From Eledone cirrhosa (taxonomy: Eukaryota), in assembly GCA_964016885.1 (NCBI GenBank), contig OZ024762.1:30690001-30754000 (forward strand): DNA of 64,000 nt, written 5' to 3'. How positions within the stretch are numbered: position 1 is the first letter of the stretch; the number at the start of each line of letters is the position of its first letter. The translations under genes and the position numbers were made by a program. The notes under the pieces were generated by a model. That model did no database searches and was not told where the DNA came from. It worked only from the letters and a program-made list of their open reading frames with translations. This document shows, piece after piece, positions 52,901-64,000 of the stretch.

Positions 52901-55900
52901 AATGTTGGTGAGAATTCATTTAAGTCATGGTACTAGCTGTCAGAAGTAACTCCACTGTTGGTGAGAATTAATTTAAGTTCATGGTATTAGCTGTCAGAAG
53001 GAACGCCACTGTTGGTGAGAATTCATTTAAGTTCATGGTATTAGCTGTCAGAAGTAACTCCACTGTTGGTGAGAATTCATTTAAGTTCATGGTACTAGCT
53101 GTCAGAAGTAACTCCAATGTTGGTGAGAATTCATTTAAGTTCATGGTATTAGCTGTCAGAAGGAACTCCACTGTTGCTGAGAATTCATTTAAGTTCATGG
53201 TATTAGCTGTCAGAAGTAACTCCACTGTTGGTGAGAATTCATTTAAGTTCATGGTACTAGCTGTCAGAAGTAACTCCACTGTTGGTGAGAATTCATTTAA
53301 GTTCATGGTATTAGCTGTCAGAAGTCACTCCAATGTTGGTGAGAATTCATTTAAGTTCATGGTATTAGCTGTCAGAAGTCACTCCACTGTTGGTGAGAAT
53401 TCATTTAAGTTCATGGTACTAGCTGTCAGAAGTAACCCCAATGTTGGTGAGAATTCATTTAAGTTCATGGTGTTAGCTGTCAGAAGTCACTCCAATGTTG
53501 GTGAGAATTCATTTAAGTTCATGGTATTAGCTGTCAGAAGTAACTCCACTGTTGGTGAGAATTCATTTAAGTTCATGGTATTAGTTTGTCAGAAGTAACT
53601 CCACTGTTGGTGAGAATTCATTTAAGTCATGGTACTAGCTGTCAGAAGTAACTCCAATGTTGGTGAGAATTCATTTAAGTCATGGTATTAGCTGTCAGAA
53701 GTAACTCCAATGTTGGTGATAATTCATTTAAGTTCATGGTATTAGCTGTCAGAAGTAACTCCACTGTTGGTGAGAATTCATTTAAGTTCATGGTATTAGC
53801 TGTCAGAAGTAACTCCACTGTTGGTGAGAATTCATTTAAGTTGATGGTACTAGCTGTCAGAAGTAACTCCACTGTTGGTGAGAATTCATTTAAGTTCATG
53901 GTATTAGTTTGTCAGAAGTAACTCCACTGTTGGTGAGAATTCATTTAAGTCATGGTATTAGTTGTCAGAAGTAACTCCAATGTTGGTGAGAATTCATTTA
54001 AGTTCATGGTATTAGCTGTCAGAAGGAACTCCACTGTTGGTGAGAATTCATTTAAGTTCATGGTATTAGCTGTCAGAAGGAACTCCAATGTTGGTGAGAA
54101 TTCATTTAAGTCATGGTACTAGCTGTCAGAAGTAACTCCACTGTTGGTGAGAATTCATTTAAGTTCATGGTATTAGCTGTCAGAAGGAACGCCACTGTTG
54201 GTGAGAATTCATTTAAGTTCATGGTATTAGCTGTCAGAAGTAACTCCACTGTTGGTGAGAATTCATTTAAGTTCATGGTACTAGCTGTCAGAAGTAACTC
54301 CAATGTTGGTGAGAATTCATTTAAGTTCATGGTATTAGCTGTCAGAAGCAACTCCACTGTTGGTGAGAATTCATTTAAGTTCATGGTATTAGCTGTCAGA
54401 AGTAACTCCACTGTTGGTGAGAATTCATTTAAGTCATGGTATTAGCTGACAGAAGTAACTCCATTGTTGGTGAGAATTCATTTAAGTCATGGTACTAGCT
54501 GTCAGAAGTAACTCCACTGTTGGTTAGAATTCATTTAAGTTCATGGTATTAGTTTGTCAGAAGTAACTCCACTGTTGGTGAGAATTCATTTAAGTCATGG
54601 TATTAGTTGTCAGAAGTAACTCCAATGTTGGTGAGAATTCATTTAAGTTCATGGTACTAGCTGTCAGAAGTAACTCCATTGTTGTTGAGAATTCATTGAA
54701 GTTCATGGTACTAGCTGTCAGAAGGAACTCCACTGTTGGTGAGAATTCATTTGAGTTCATGGTATTAGCTGTCAGAAGTAACTCCACTGTTGGTGAGAAT
54801 TCATTTAAGTTCATGGTACTAGCTGTCAGAAGTAACTCCAATGTTAGTGAGAATTCATTTAAGTTCATGGTATTAGCTGTCAGAAGTAACTCCACTGTTG
54901 GTGAGAATTCATTTAAGTCATGGTATTAGCTGTCAGAAGTAACTCCAATGTTGGTGAGAATTCATTTAAGTTCATGGTATTAGCTGTCAGAAGTAACTCC
55001 ACTGTTGGTGAGCATTCATTTATGTTCATGGTATTAGCTGTCAGAAGTAACTCCACTGTTGGTGAGAATTCATTTAAGTTCATGGTATTAGTTTGTCAGA
55101 AGTAACTCCACTGTTGGTGAGAATTCATTTAAGTCATGGTATTAGTTGTCAGAAGTAACTCCAATGTTGGTGAGAATTCATTTAAGTTCATGGTACTAGC
55201 TGTCAGAAGTAACTCCACTGTTGGTGAGAATTCATTTAAGTTCATGGTATTAGCTGTCAGAAGTAACTCCACTGTTGGTGAGAATTCATTTAAGTCATGG
55301 TATTAGCTGTCAGAAGTAACTCCATTGTTGGTGAGAATTCATTTAAGTCATGGTACTAGCTGTCAGAAGTAACTCCACTGTTGGTGAGAATTCATTTAAG
55401 TTCATGGTACTAGCTGTCAGAAGTAACTCCACTGTTTGTGAGAATTCATTTAAGTTCATGGTACTAGCTGTCATAAGTAACTCCACTGTTGGTGAGAATT
55501 CATTTAAGTTCATGGTATTAGCTGTCAGAAGTCACTCCACTGTTGGTGAGAATTCATTTAAGTTCATGGTATTAGCTGTCAGAAGTCACTCCACTGTTGG
55601 TGAGAATTCATTTAAGTTCATGGTACTAGCTGTCAGAAGTAACCCCAATGTTGGTGAGAATTCATTTAAGTTCATGGTATTAGCTGTCAGTAGTCACTCC
55701 AATGTTGGTGAGAATTCATTTAAGTTCATGGTATTAGCTGTCAGAAGTAACTCCACTGTTGGTGAGAATTCATTTAAGTTCATGGTATTAGCTGTCAGAA
55801 GTAACTCCACTGTTGGTGAGAATTCATTTAAGTTCATGGTATTAGCTGTCAGAAGTAACTCCACTGTTGGTGAGAATTCATTTAAGTTCATGGTATTAGC

Positions 55901-56205
55901 TGTCAGAAGGAACTCCAATGTTGGTGAGAATTCATTTAAGTTCATGGTATTAGCTGTCAGAAGTAACTCCACTGTTGGTGAGAATTCATTTAAGTTCATG
56001 GTATTAGCTGTCAGAAGTAACTCCACTGTTGGTGAGCATTCATTTATGTTCATGGTATTAGCTGTCAGAAGTAACTCCACTGTTGGTGAGAATTCATTTA
56101 AGTTCATGGTATTAGTTTGTCAGAAGTAACTCCACTGTTGGTGAGAATTCATTTAAGTCATGGTATTAGTTGTCAGAAGTAACTCCAATGTTGGTGAGAA
56201 TTCAT
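48740..56205. repeat. Local higher-order repeat: 2 x 3662 bp (68 monomers), the longest period in the window
   Basis: ORF pairs 49319/52981, 50020/53682, 50451/54113, 50935/54597, 51258/54920 and 51688/55350 have identical translations and are offset by 3662 (=68x54-10). Many rare SNPs are shared. Confidence 0.96.
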
Positions 56206-59200
56206 TTAAGTTCATGGTACTAGCTGTCAGAAGTAACTCCACTGTTGGTGAGAATTCATTTAAGTTCATGGTATTAGCTGTCAGAAGTAACTCCACTGTT
56301 GGTGAGAATTCATTTAAGTCATGGTATTAGCTGTCAGAAGTAACTCCATTGTTGGTGAGAATTCATTTAAGTCATGGTACTAGCTGTCAGAAGTAACTCC
56401 ACTGTTGGTGAGAATTCATTTAAGTTCATGGTACTAGCTGTCAGAAGTAACTCCACTGTTTGTGAGAATTCATTTAAGTTCATGGTACTAGCTGTCATAA
56501 GTAACTCCACTGTTGGTGAGAATTCATTTAAGTTCATGGTATTAGCTGTCAGAAGTCACTCCACTGTTGGTGAGAATTCATTTAAGTTCATGGTATTAGC
56601 TGTGAGAAGTCACTCCACTGTTGGTGAGAATTCATTTAAGTTCATGGTATTAGCTGTCAGAAGTCACTCCACTGTTGGTGAGAATTCATTTAAGTTCATG
56701 GTACTAGCTGTCAGAAGTAACCCCAATGTTGGTGAGAATTCATTTAAGTTCATGGTATTAGCTGTCAGAAGTCACTCCAATGTTGGTGAGAATTCATTTA
56801 AGTTCATGGTATTAGCTGTCAGAAGTAACTCCACTGTTGGTGAGAATTCATTTAAGTTCATGGTATTAGCTGTCAGAAGTAACTCCACTGTTGGTGAGAA
56901 TTCATTTAAGTTCATGGTATTAGCTGTCAGAAGTAACTCCACTGTTGGTGAGAATTCATTTAAGTTCATGGTATTAGCTGTCAGAAGGAACTCCAATGTT
57001 GGTGAGAATTCATTTAAGTTCATGGTATTAGCTGTCAGAAGTAACTCCACTGTTGGTGAGAATTCATTTAAGTTCATGGTATTAGCTGTCAGAAGTAACT
57101 CCAATGTTGGTGAGAATTCATTTAAGTTCATGGTATTAGCTGTCAGAAGGAACTCCACTGTTGGTGAGAATTCATTTAAGTTCATGGTATTAGCTGTCAG
57201 AAGTAACTCCACTGTTGGTGAGAATTCATTTAATTCATGGTATTAGCTGTCAGAAGTAACTCCATTGTTGGTGAGAATTCATTTAAGTCATGGTACTAGC
57301 TGTCAGAAGTAACTCCAATGTTGGTGAGAATTCATTTAAGTCATGGTACTAGCTGTCAGAAGTAACTCCAATGTTGGTGAGAATTCATTTAAGTTCATGG
57401 TATTAGCTGTCAGAAGGAACTCCACTGTTGGTGAGAATTCATTTAAGTTCATGGTATTAGCTGTCAGAAGTAACTCCACTGTTGGTGAGAATTCATTTAA
57501 GTTCATGGTATTAGCAGTCAGAAGTAACTCCACTGTTGGTGAGAATTCATTTAAGTTCATGGTACTAGCTGTCAGAAGTAACTCCAATGTTGGTGAGAAT
57601 TCATTTAAGTTCATGGTATTAGCTGTCAGAAGTAACTCCACTGTTGGTGAGAATTCATTTAAGTCATGGTATTAGCTGTCAGAAGTAACTCCAATGTTGG
57701 TGAGAATTCATTTAAGTTCATGGTATTAGCTGTCAGAAGTAACTCCACTGTTGGTGAGAATTCATTTAAGTTCATGGTATTAGCTGTCAGAAGTAACTCC
57801 ACTGTTGGTGAGAATTCATTTAAGTTCATGGTACTAGCTGTCAGAAGTAACTCCAATGTTGGTGAGAATTCATTTAAATTCATGGTATTAGCTGTCAGAA
57901 GTAACTCCACTGTTGGTGAGAATTCATTTAAGTTCATGGTATTAGCTGTCAGAAGTAACTCCACTGTTGGTGAGAATTCATTTAAGTCATGGTATTAGCT
58001 GACAGAAGTAACTCCATTGTTGGTGAGAATTCATTTAAGTCATGGTACTAGCTGTCAGAAGTAACTCCACTGTTGGTGAGAATTCATTTAAGTTCATGGT
58101 ATTAGCAGTCAGAAGTCACTCCACTGTTGGTGAGAATTCATTTAAGTTCATGGTACTAGCTGTCAGAAATAACCCCAATGTTGGTGAGAATTCATTTAAG
58201 TTCATGGTATTAGCTGTCAGAAGTAACTCCACTGTTGGTGAGAATTCATTTAAGTTCATGGTATTAGCTGTCAGAAGGAACTCCAATGTTGGTGAGAATT
58301 CATTTAAGTTCATGGTATTAGCTGTCAGAAGTAACTCCACTGTTGGTGAGAATTCATTTAAGTTCATGGTATTAGCTGTCAGAAGTAACTCCACTGTTGG
58401 TGAGCATTCATTTATGTTCATGGTATTAGCTGTCAGAAGTAACTCCACTGTTGGTGAGAATTCATTTAAGTTCATGGTATTAGTTTGTCAGAAGTAACTC
58501 CACTGTTGGTGAGAATTCATTTAAGTCATGGTATTAGTTGTCAGAAGTAACTCCAATGTTGGTGAGAATTCATTTAAGTTCATGGTACTAGCTGTCAGAA
58601 GTAACTCCACTGTTGGTGAGAATTCATTTAAGTTCATGGTATTAGCTGTCAGAAGTAACTCCACTGTTGGTGAGAATTCATTTAAGTCATGGTATTAGCT
58701 GTCAGAAGTAACTCCATTGTTGGTGAGAATTCATTTAAGTCATGGTACTAGCTGTCAGAAGTAACTCCACTGTTGGTGAGAATTCATTTAAGTTCATGGT
58801 ACTAGCTGTCAGAAGTAACTCCACTGTTTGTGAGAATTCATTTAAGTTCATGGTACTAGCTGTCATAAGTAACTCCACTGTTGGTGAGAATTCATTTAAG
58901 TTCATGGTATTAGCTGTCAGAAGTCACTCCACTGTTGGTGAGAATTCATTTAAGTTCATGGTATTAGCTGTGAGAAGTCACTCCACTGTTGGTGAGAATT
59001 CATTTAAGTTCATGGTATTAGCTGTCAGAAGTCACTCCACTGTTGGTGAGAATTCATTTAAGTTCATGGTACTAGCTGTCAGAAGTAACCCCAATGTTGG
59101 TGAGAATTCATTTAAGTTCATGGTATTAGCTGTCAGAAGTCACTCCAATGTTGGTGAGAATTCATTTAAGTTCATGGTATTAGCTGTCAGAAGTAACTCC

Positions 59201-62200
59201 ACTGTTGGTGAGAATTCATTTAAGTTCATGGTATTAGCTGTCAGAAGTAACTCCACTGTTGGTGAGAATTCATTTAAGTTCATGGTATTAGCTGTCAGAA
59301 GTAACTCCACTGTTGGTGAGAATTCATTTAAGTTCATGGTATTAGCTGTCAGAAGGAACTCCAATGTTGGTGAGAATTCATTTAAGTTCATGGTATTAGC
59401 TGTCAGAAGTAACTCCACTGTTGGTGAGAATTCATTTAAGTTCATGGTATTAGCTGTCAGAAGTAACTCCAATGTTGGTGAGAATTCATTTAAGTTCATG
59501 GTATTAGCTGTCAGAAGGAACTCCACTGTTGGTGAGAATTCATTTAAGTTCATGGTATTAGCTGTCAGAAGTAACTCCACTGTTGGTGAGAATTCATTTA
59601 ATTCATGGTATTAGCTGTCAGAAGTAACTCCATTGTTGGTGAGAATTCATTTAAGTCATGGTACTAGCTGTCAGAAGTAACTCCAATGTTGGTGAGAATT
59701 CATTTAAGTCATGGTACTAGCTGTCAGAAGTAACTCCAATGTTGGTGAGAATTCATTTAAGTTCATGGTATTAGCTGTCAGAAGGAACTCCACTGTTGGT
59801 GAGAATTCATTTAAGTTCATGGTATTAGCTGTCAGAAGTAACTCCACTGTTGGTGAGAATTCATTTAAGTTCATGGTATTAGCAGTCAGAAGTAACTCCA
59901 CTGTTGGTGAGAATTCATTTAAGTTCATGGTACTAGCTGTCAGAAGTAACTCCAATGTTGGTGAGAATTCATTTAAGTTCATGGTATTAGCTGTCAGAAG
60001 TAACTCCACTGTTGGTGAGAATTCATTTAAGTCATGGTATTAGCTGTCAGAAGTAACTCCAATGTTGGTGAGAATTCATTTAAGTTCATGGTATTAGCTG
60101 TCAGAAGTAACTCCACTGTTGGTGAGAATTCATTTAAGTTCATGGTATTAGCTGTCAGAAGTAACTCCACTGTTGGTGAGAATTCATTTAAGTTCATGGT
60201 ACTAGCTGTCAGAAGTAACTCCAATGTTGGTGAGAATTCATTTAAATTCATGGTATTAGCTGTCAGAAGTAACTCCACTGTTGGTGAGAATTCATTTAAG
60301 TTCATGGTATTAGCTGTCAGAAGTAACTCCACTGTTGGTGAGAATTCATTTAAGTCATGGTATTAGCTGACAGAAGTAACTCCATTGTTGGTGAGAATTC
60401 ATTTAAGTCATGGTACTAGCTGTCAGAAGTAACTCCACTGTTGGTGAGAATTCATTTAAGTTCATGGTATTAGCAGTCAGAAGTCACTCCACTGTTGGTG
60501 AGAATTCATTTAAGTTCATGGTACTAGCTGTCAGAAATAACCCCAATGTTGGTGAGAATTCATTTAAGTTCATGGTATTAGCTGTCAGAAGTAACTCCAC
60601 TGTTGGTGAGAATTCATTTAAGTTCATGGTATTAGCTGTCAGAAGGAACTCCAATGTTGGTGAGAATTCATTTAAGTTCATGGTATTAGCTGTCAGAAGT
60701 AACTCCACTGTTGGTGAGAATTCATTTAAGTTCATGGTATTAGCTGTCAGAAGTAACTCCACTGTTGGTGAGCATTCATTTATGTTCATGGTATTAGCTG
60801 TCAGAAGTAACTCCACTGTTGGTGAGAATTCATTTAAGTTCATGGTATTAGTTTGTCAGAAGTAACTCCACTGTTGGTGAGAATTCATTTAAGTCATGGT
60901 ATTAGTTGTCAGAAGTAACTCCAATGTTGGTGAGAATTCATTTAAGTTCATGGTACTAGCTGTCAGAAGTAACTCCACTGTTGGTGAGAATTCATTTAAG
61001 TTCATGGTATTAGCTGTCAGAAGTAACTCCACTGTTGGTGAGAATTCATTTAAGTCATGGTATTAGCTGTCAGAAGTAACTCCATTGTTGGTGAGAATTC
61101 ATTTAAGTCATGGTACTAGCTGTCAGAAGTAACTCCACTGTTGGTGAGAATTCATTTAAGTTCATGGTACTAGCTGTCAGAAGTAACTCCACTGTTTGTG
61201 AGAATTCATTTAAGTTCATGGTACTAGCTGTCATAAGTAACTCCACTGTTGGTGAGAATTCATTTAAGTTCATGGTATTAGCTGTCAGAAGTCACTCCAC
61301 TGTTGGTGAGAATTCATTTAAGTTCATGGTATTAGCTGTCAGAAGTCACTCCACTGTTGGTGAGAATTCATTTAAGTTCATGGTATTAGCTGTCAGAAGT
61401 CACTCCACTGTTGGTGAGAATTCATTTAAGTTCATGGTACTAGCTGTCAGAAGTAACCCCAATGTTGGTGAGAATTCATTTAAGTTCATGGTATTAGCTG
61501 TCAGAAGTCACTCCAATGTTGGTGAGAATTCATTTATGTTCATGGTATTAGCTGTCAGAAGTAACTCCACTGTTGGTGAGAATTCATTTAAGTTCATGGT
61601 ATTAGCTGTCAGAAGTAACTCCACTGTTGGTGAGAATTCATTTAAGTTCATGGTATTAGCTGTCAGAAGTAACTCCACTGTTGGTGAGAATTCATTTAAG
61701 TTCATGGTATTAGCTGTCAGAAGGAACTCCAATGTTGGTGAGAATTCATTTAAGTTCATGGTATTAGCTGTCAGAAGTAACTCCACTGTTGGTGAGAATT
61801 CATTTAAGTTCATGGTATTAGCTGTCAGAAGTAACTCCAATGTTGGTGAGAATTCATTTAAGTTCATGGTATTAGCTGTCAGAAGGAACTCCACTGTTGG
61901 TGAGAATTCATTTAAGTTCATGGTATTAGCTGTCAGAAGTAACTCCACTGTTGGTGAGAATTCATTTAATTCATGGTATTAGCTGTCAGAAGTAACTCCA
62001 TTGATGGTGAGAATTCATTTAAGTCATGGTACTAGCTGTCAGAAGTAACTCCAATGTTGGTGAGAATTCATTTAAGTCATGGTACTAGCTGTCAGAAGTA
62101 ACTCCAATGTTGGTGAGAATTCATTTAAGTTCATGGTATTAGCTGTCAGAAGGAACTCCACTGTTGGTGAGAATTCATTTAAGTTCATGGTATTAGCTGT

Positions 62201-62671
62201 CAGAAGTAACTCCACTGTTGGTGAGAATTCATTTAAGTTCATGGTATTAGCAGTCAGAAGTAACTCCACTGTTGGTGAGAATTCATTTAAGTTCATGGTA
62301 CTAGCTGTCAGAAGTAACTCCAATGTTGGTGAGAATTCATTTAAGTTCATGGTATTAGCTGTCAGAAGTAACTCCACTGTTGGTGAGAATTCATTTAAGT
62401 CATGGTATTAGCTGTCAGAAGTAACTCCAATGTTGGTGAGAATTCATTTAAGTTCATGGTATTAGCTGTCAGAAGTAACTCCAATGTTGGTGAGAATTCA
62501 TTTAAGTTCATGGTATTAGCTGTCAGAAGTAACTCCACTGTTGGTGAGAATTCATTTAAGTTCATGGTACTAGCTGTCAGAAGTAACTCCAATGTTGGTG
62601 AGAATTCATTTAAATTCATGGTATTAGCTGTCAGAAGTAACTCCACTGTTGGTGAGAATTCATTTAAGTTC
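55836..62671. repeat. Local higher-order repeat: ~2.9 x 2368 bp (44 monomers)
   Basis: ORF sets 56374/58742/61110, 57343/59711/62079, 57666/60034/62402 and 58042/60410 are offset by 2368 (=44x54-8). Markers tgtttgtgag, gtcataagt, gagcattcatttatg and tttaattcatgg recur. Confidence 0.95.
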
Positions 62672-63855
62672 ATGGTATTAGCTGTCAGAAGTCACTCCAA
62701 TGTTGGTGAGAATTCATTTATGTTCATGTTATTAGCTGTCAGAAGTAACTCCACTGTTGGTGAGAATTCATTTAAGTTCATGGTATTAGCTGTCAGAAGT
62801 AACTCCACTGTTGGTGAGAATTCATTTAAGTTCATGGTATTAGCTGTCAGAAGTAACTCCACTGTTGGTGAGAATTCATTTAAGTTCATGGTATTAGCTG
62901 TCAGAAGGAACTCCAATGTTGGTGAGAATTCATTTAAGTTCATGGTATTAGCTGTCAGAAGTAACTCCACTGTTGGTGAGAATTCATTTAAGTTCATGGT
63001 ATTAGCTGTCAGAAGTAACTCCAATGTTGGTGAGAATTCATTTAAGTTCATGGTATTAGCTGTCAGAAGGAACTCCACTGTTGGTGAGAATTCATTTAAG
63101 TTCATGGTATTAGCTGTCAGAAGTAACTCCACTGTTGGTGAGAATTCATTTAATTCATGGTATTAGCTGTCAGAAGTAACTCCATTGTTGGTGAGAATTC
63201 ATTTAAGTCATGGTACTAGCTGTCAGAAGTAACTCCAATGTTGGTGAGAATTCATTTAAGTCATGGTACTAGCTGTCAGAAGTAACTCCAATGTTGGTGA
63301 GAATTCATTTAAGTTCATGGTATTAGCTGTCAGAAGGAACTCCACTGTTGGTGAGAATTCATTTAAGTTCATGGTATTAGCTGTCAGAAGTAACTCCACT
63401 GTTGGTGAGAATTCATTTAAGTTCATGGTATTAGCAGTCAGAAGTAACTCCACTGTTGGTGAGAATTCATTTAAGTTCATGGTACTAGCTGTCAGAAGTA
63501 ACTCCAATGTTGGTGAGAATTCATTTAAGTTCATGGTATTAGCTGTCAGAAGTAACTCCACTGTTGGTGAGAATTCATTTAAGTCATGGTATTAGCTGTC
63601 AGAAGTAACTCCAATGTTGGTGAGAATTCATTTAAGTTCATGGTATTAGCTGTCAGAAGTAACTCCACTGTTGAGGAGAATTCATTTAAGTTCATGGTAT
63701 TAGCTGTCAGAAGTAACTCCACTGTTGGTGAGAATTCATTTAAGTTCATGGTACTAGCTGTCAGAAGTAACTCCAATGTTGGTGAGAATTCATTTAAATT
63801 CATGGTATTAGCTGTCAGAAGTAACTCCACTGTTGGTGAGAATTCATTTAAGTTC
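61488..63855. repeat. Nested 2 x 1184 bp (22-monomer) duplication within the third copy of the 44-mer
   Basis: ORF pairs 62079/63263 and 62402/63586, and ends 61982/63166, are offset by 1184 (=22x54-4). The private variant cactccaat...catttatgttc occurs at ~61536 and ~62720 but not in the two earlier 44-mer copies. After 63855 the sequence resumes the 44-mer order (gctgacag monomer). Confidence 0.92.
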
Positions 63856-64000
63856 ATGGTATTAGCTGTCAGAAGTAACTCCACTGTTGGTGAGAATTCA
63901 TTTAAGTCATGGTATTAGCTGACAGAAGTAACTCCATTGTTGGTGAGAATTCATTTAAGTCATGGCACTAGCTGTCAGAAGTAACTCCACTGTTGGTGAG

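Larger units (their letters stand above)
1..64000. repeat. 54-bp satellite DNA tandem array (~1,190 monomers, single orientation, extends past both window ends)
   Basis: Every line of the sequence consists of near-identical copies of ATGGTATTAGCTGTCAGAAGTAACTCCACTGTTGGTGAGAATTCATTTAAGTTC, with the first full monomer starting at 35. Monomers typically differ from consensus by 0-3 nt. Most are 54 or 53 bp; a few are 52, 55 or 57 bp. All translated ORFs are the same 18-aa unit on each strand. Confidence 0.99.

Noticed and set aside
35-63918. All ORFs in the six-frame track as real CDSs (e.g. a repetitive surface or glycoprotein with N-S-T sequons)
   Set aside because: There is no unique N- or C-terminal domain. 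Frameshifting 1-bp indels occur every few monomers, nonsense variants are propagated by duplication, there is no synonymous bias, and the antisense frame is equally open. They are by-products of a 54-bp period.
1-64000. CRISPR array or other repeat-spacer or cassette system
   Set aside because: There are no unique spacers; the 'variable' part differs by only 0-3 recurring SNPs. There is no leader and no cas, integrase or recombinase gene.
1-64000. Telomeric repeat, G-quadruplex array or canonical CENP-B box
   Set aside because: There is no TTAGGG-like short unit, no G3 runs in the consensus, and no CpG-containing TTCG...CGGG motif.
1-64000. Synthetic concatemer or rolling-circle sequencing artefact
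   Set aside because: Hierarchical, heritable variant patterns with nested duplications are not expected from random errors on a single template, although individual identical duplications still need read-level confirmation.

Overview
The whole 64 kb window is one uninterrupted, head-to-tail tandem array of a 54-bp monomer. The + strand consensus is ATGGTATTAGCTGTCAGAAGTAACTCCACTGTTGGTGAGAATTCATTTAAGTTC (20/54 = 37% GC, one EcoRI site GAATTC, no CpG), in about 1,190 copies, and the array runs off both ends. I found no unique sequence, transposon, RNA gene, inversion or credible protein-coding gene. The many ORFs arise because a 54-bp (18-codon) unit happens to be stop-free in one frame on each strand, and they are constantly broken by 1-bp indels and occasional stops. 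This is best read as a highly homogenised satellite DNA, most likely eukaryotic and possibly centromeric, pericentromeric or subtelomeric. I cannot name the family or organism. The informative signal is in the variant monomers. They show at least 11 local, recent, in-register tandem duplications with different periods (10, 16, 19, 22, 24, 36, 38, 41, 44, 56-58 and 68 monomers), some nested or overlapping. They also show a recurrent length-compensating +1/-1 'punctuation' cassette, a 162-bp trimer sub-period, a nearly invariant ~20-bp core, and long-range domain structure (A-B-A'-B'-C). I do not see evidence for a novel gene system. Offsets were taken from the ORF track and spot-checked by eye; block boundaries are approximate (about +/-1 monomer).
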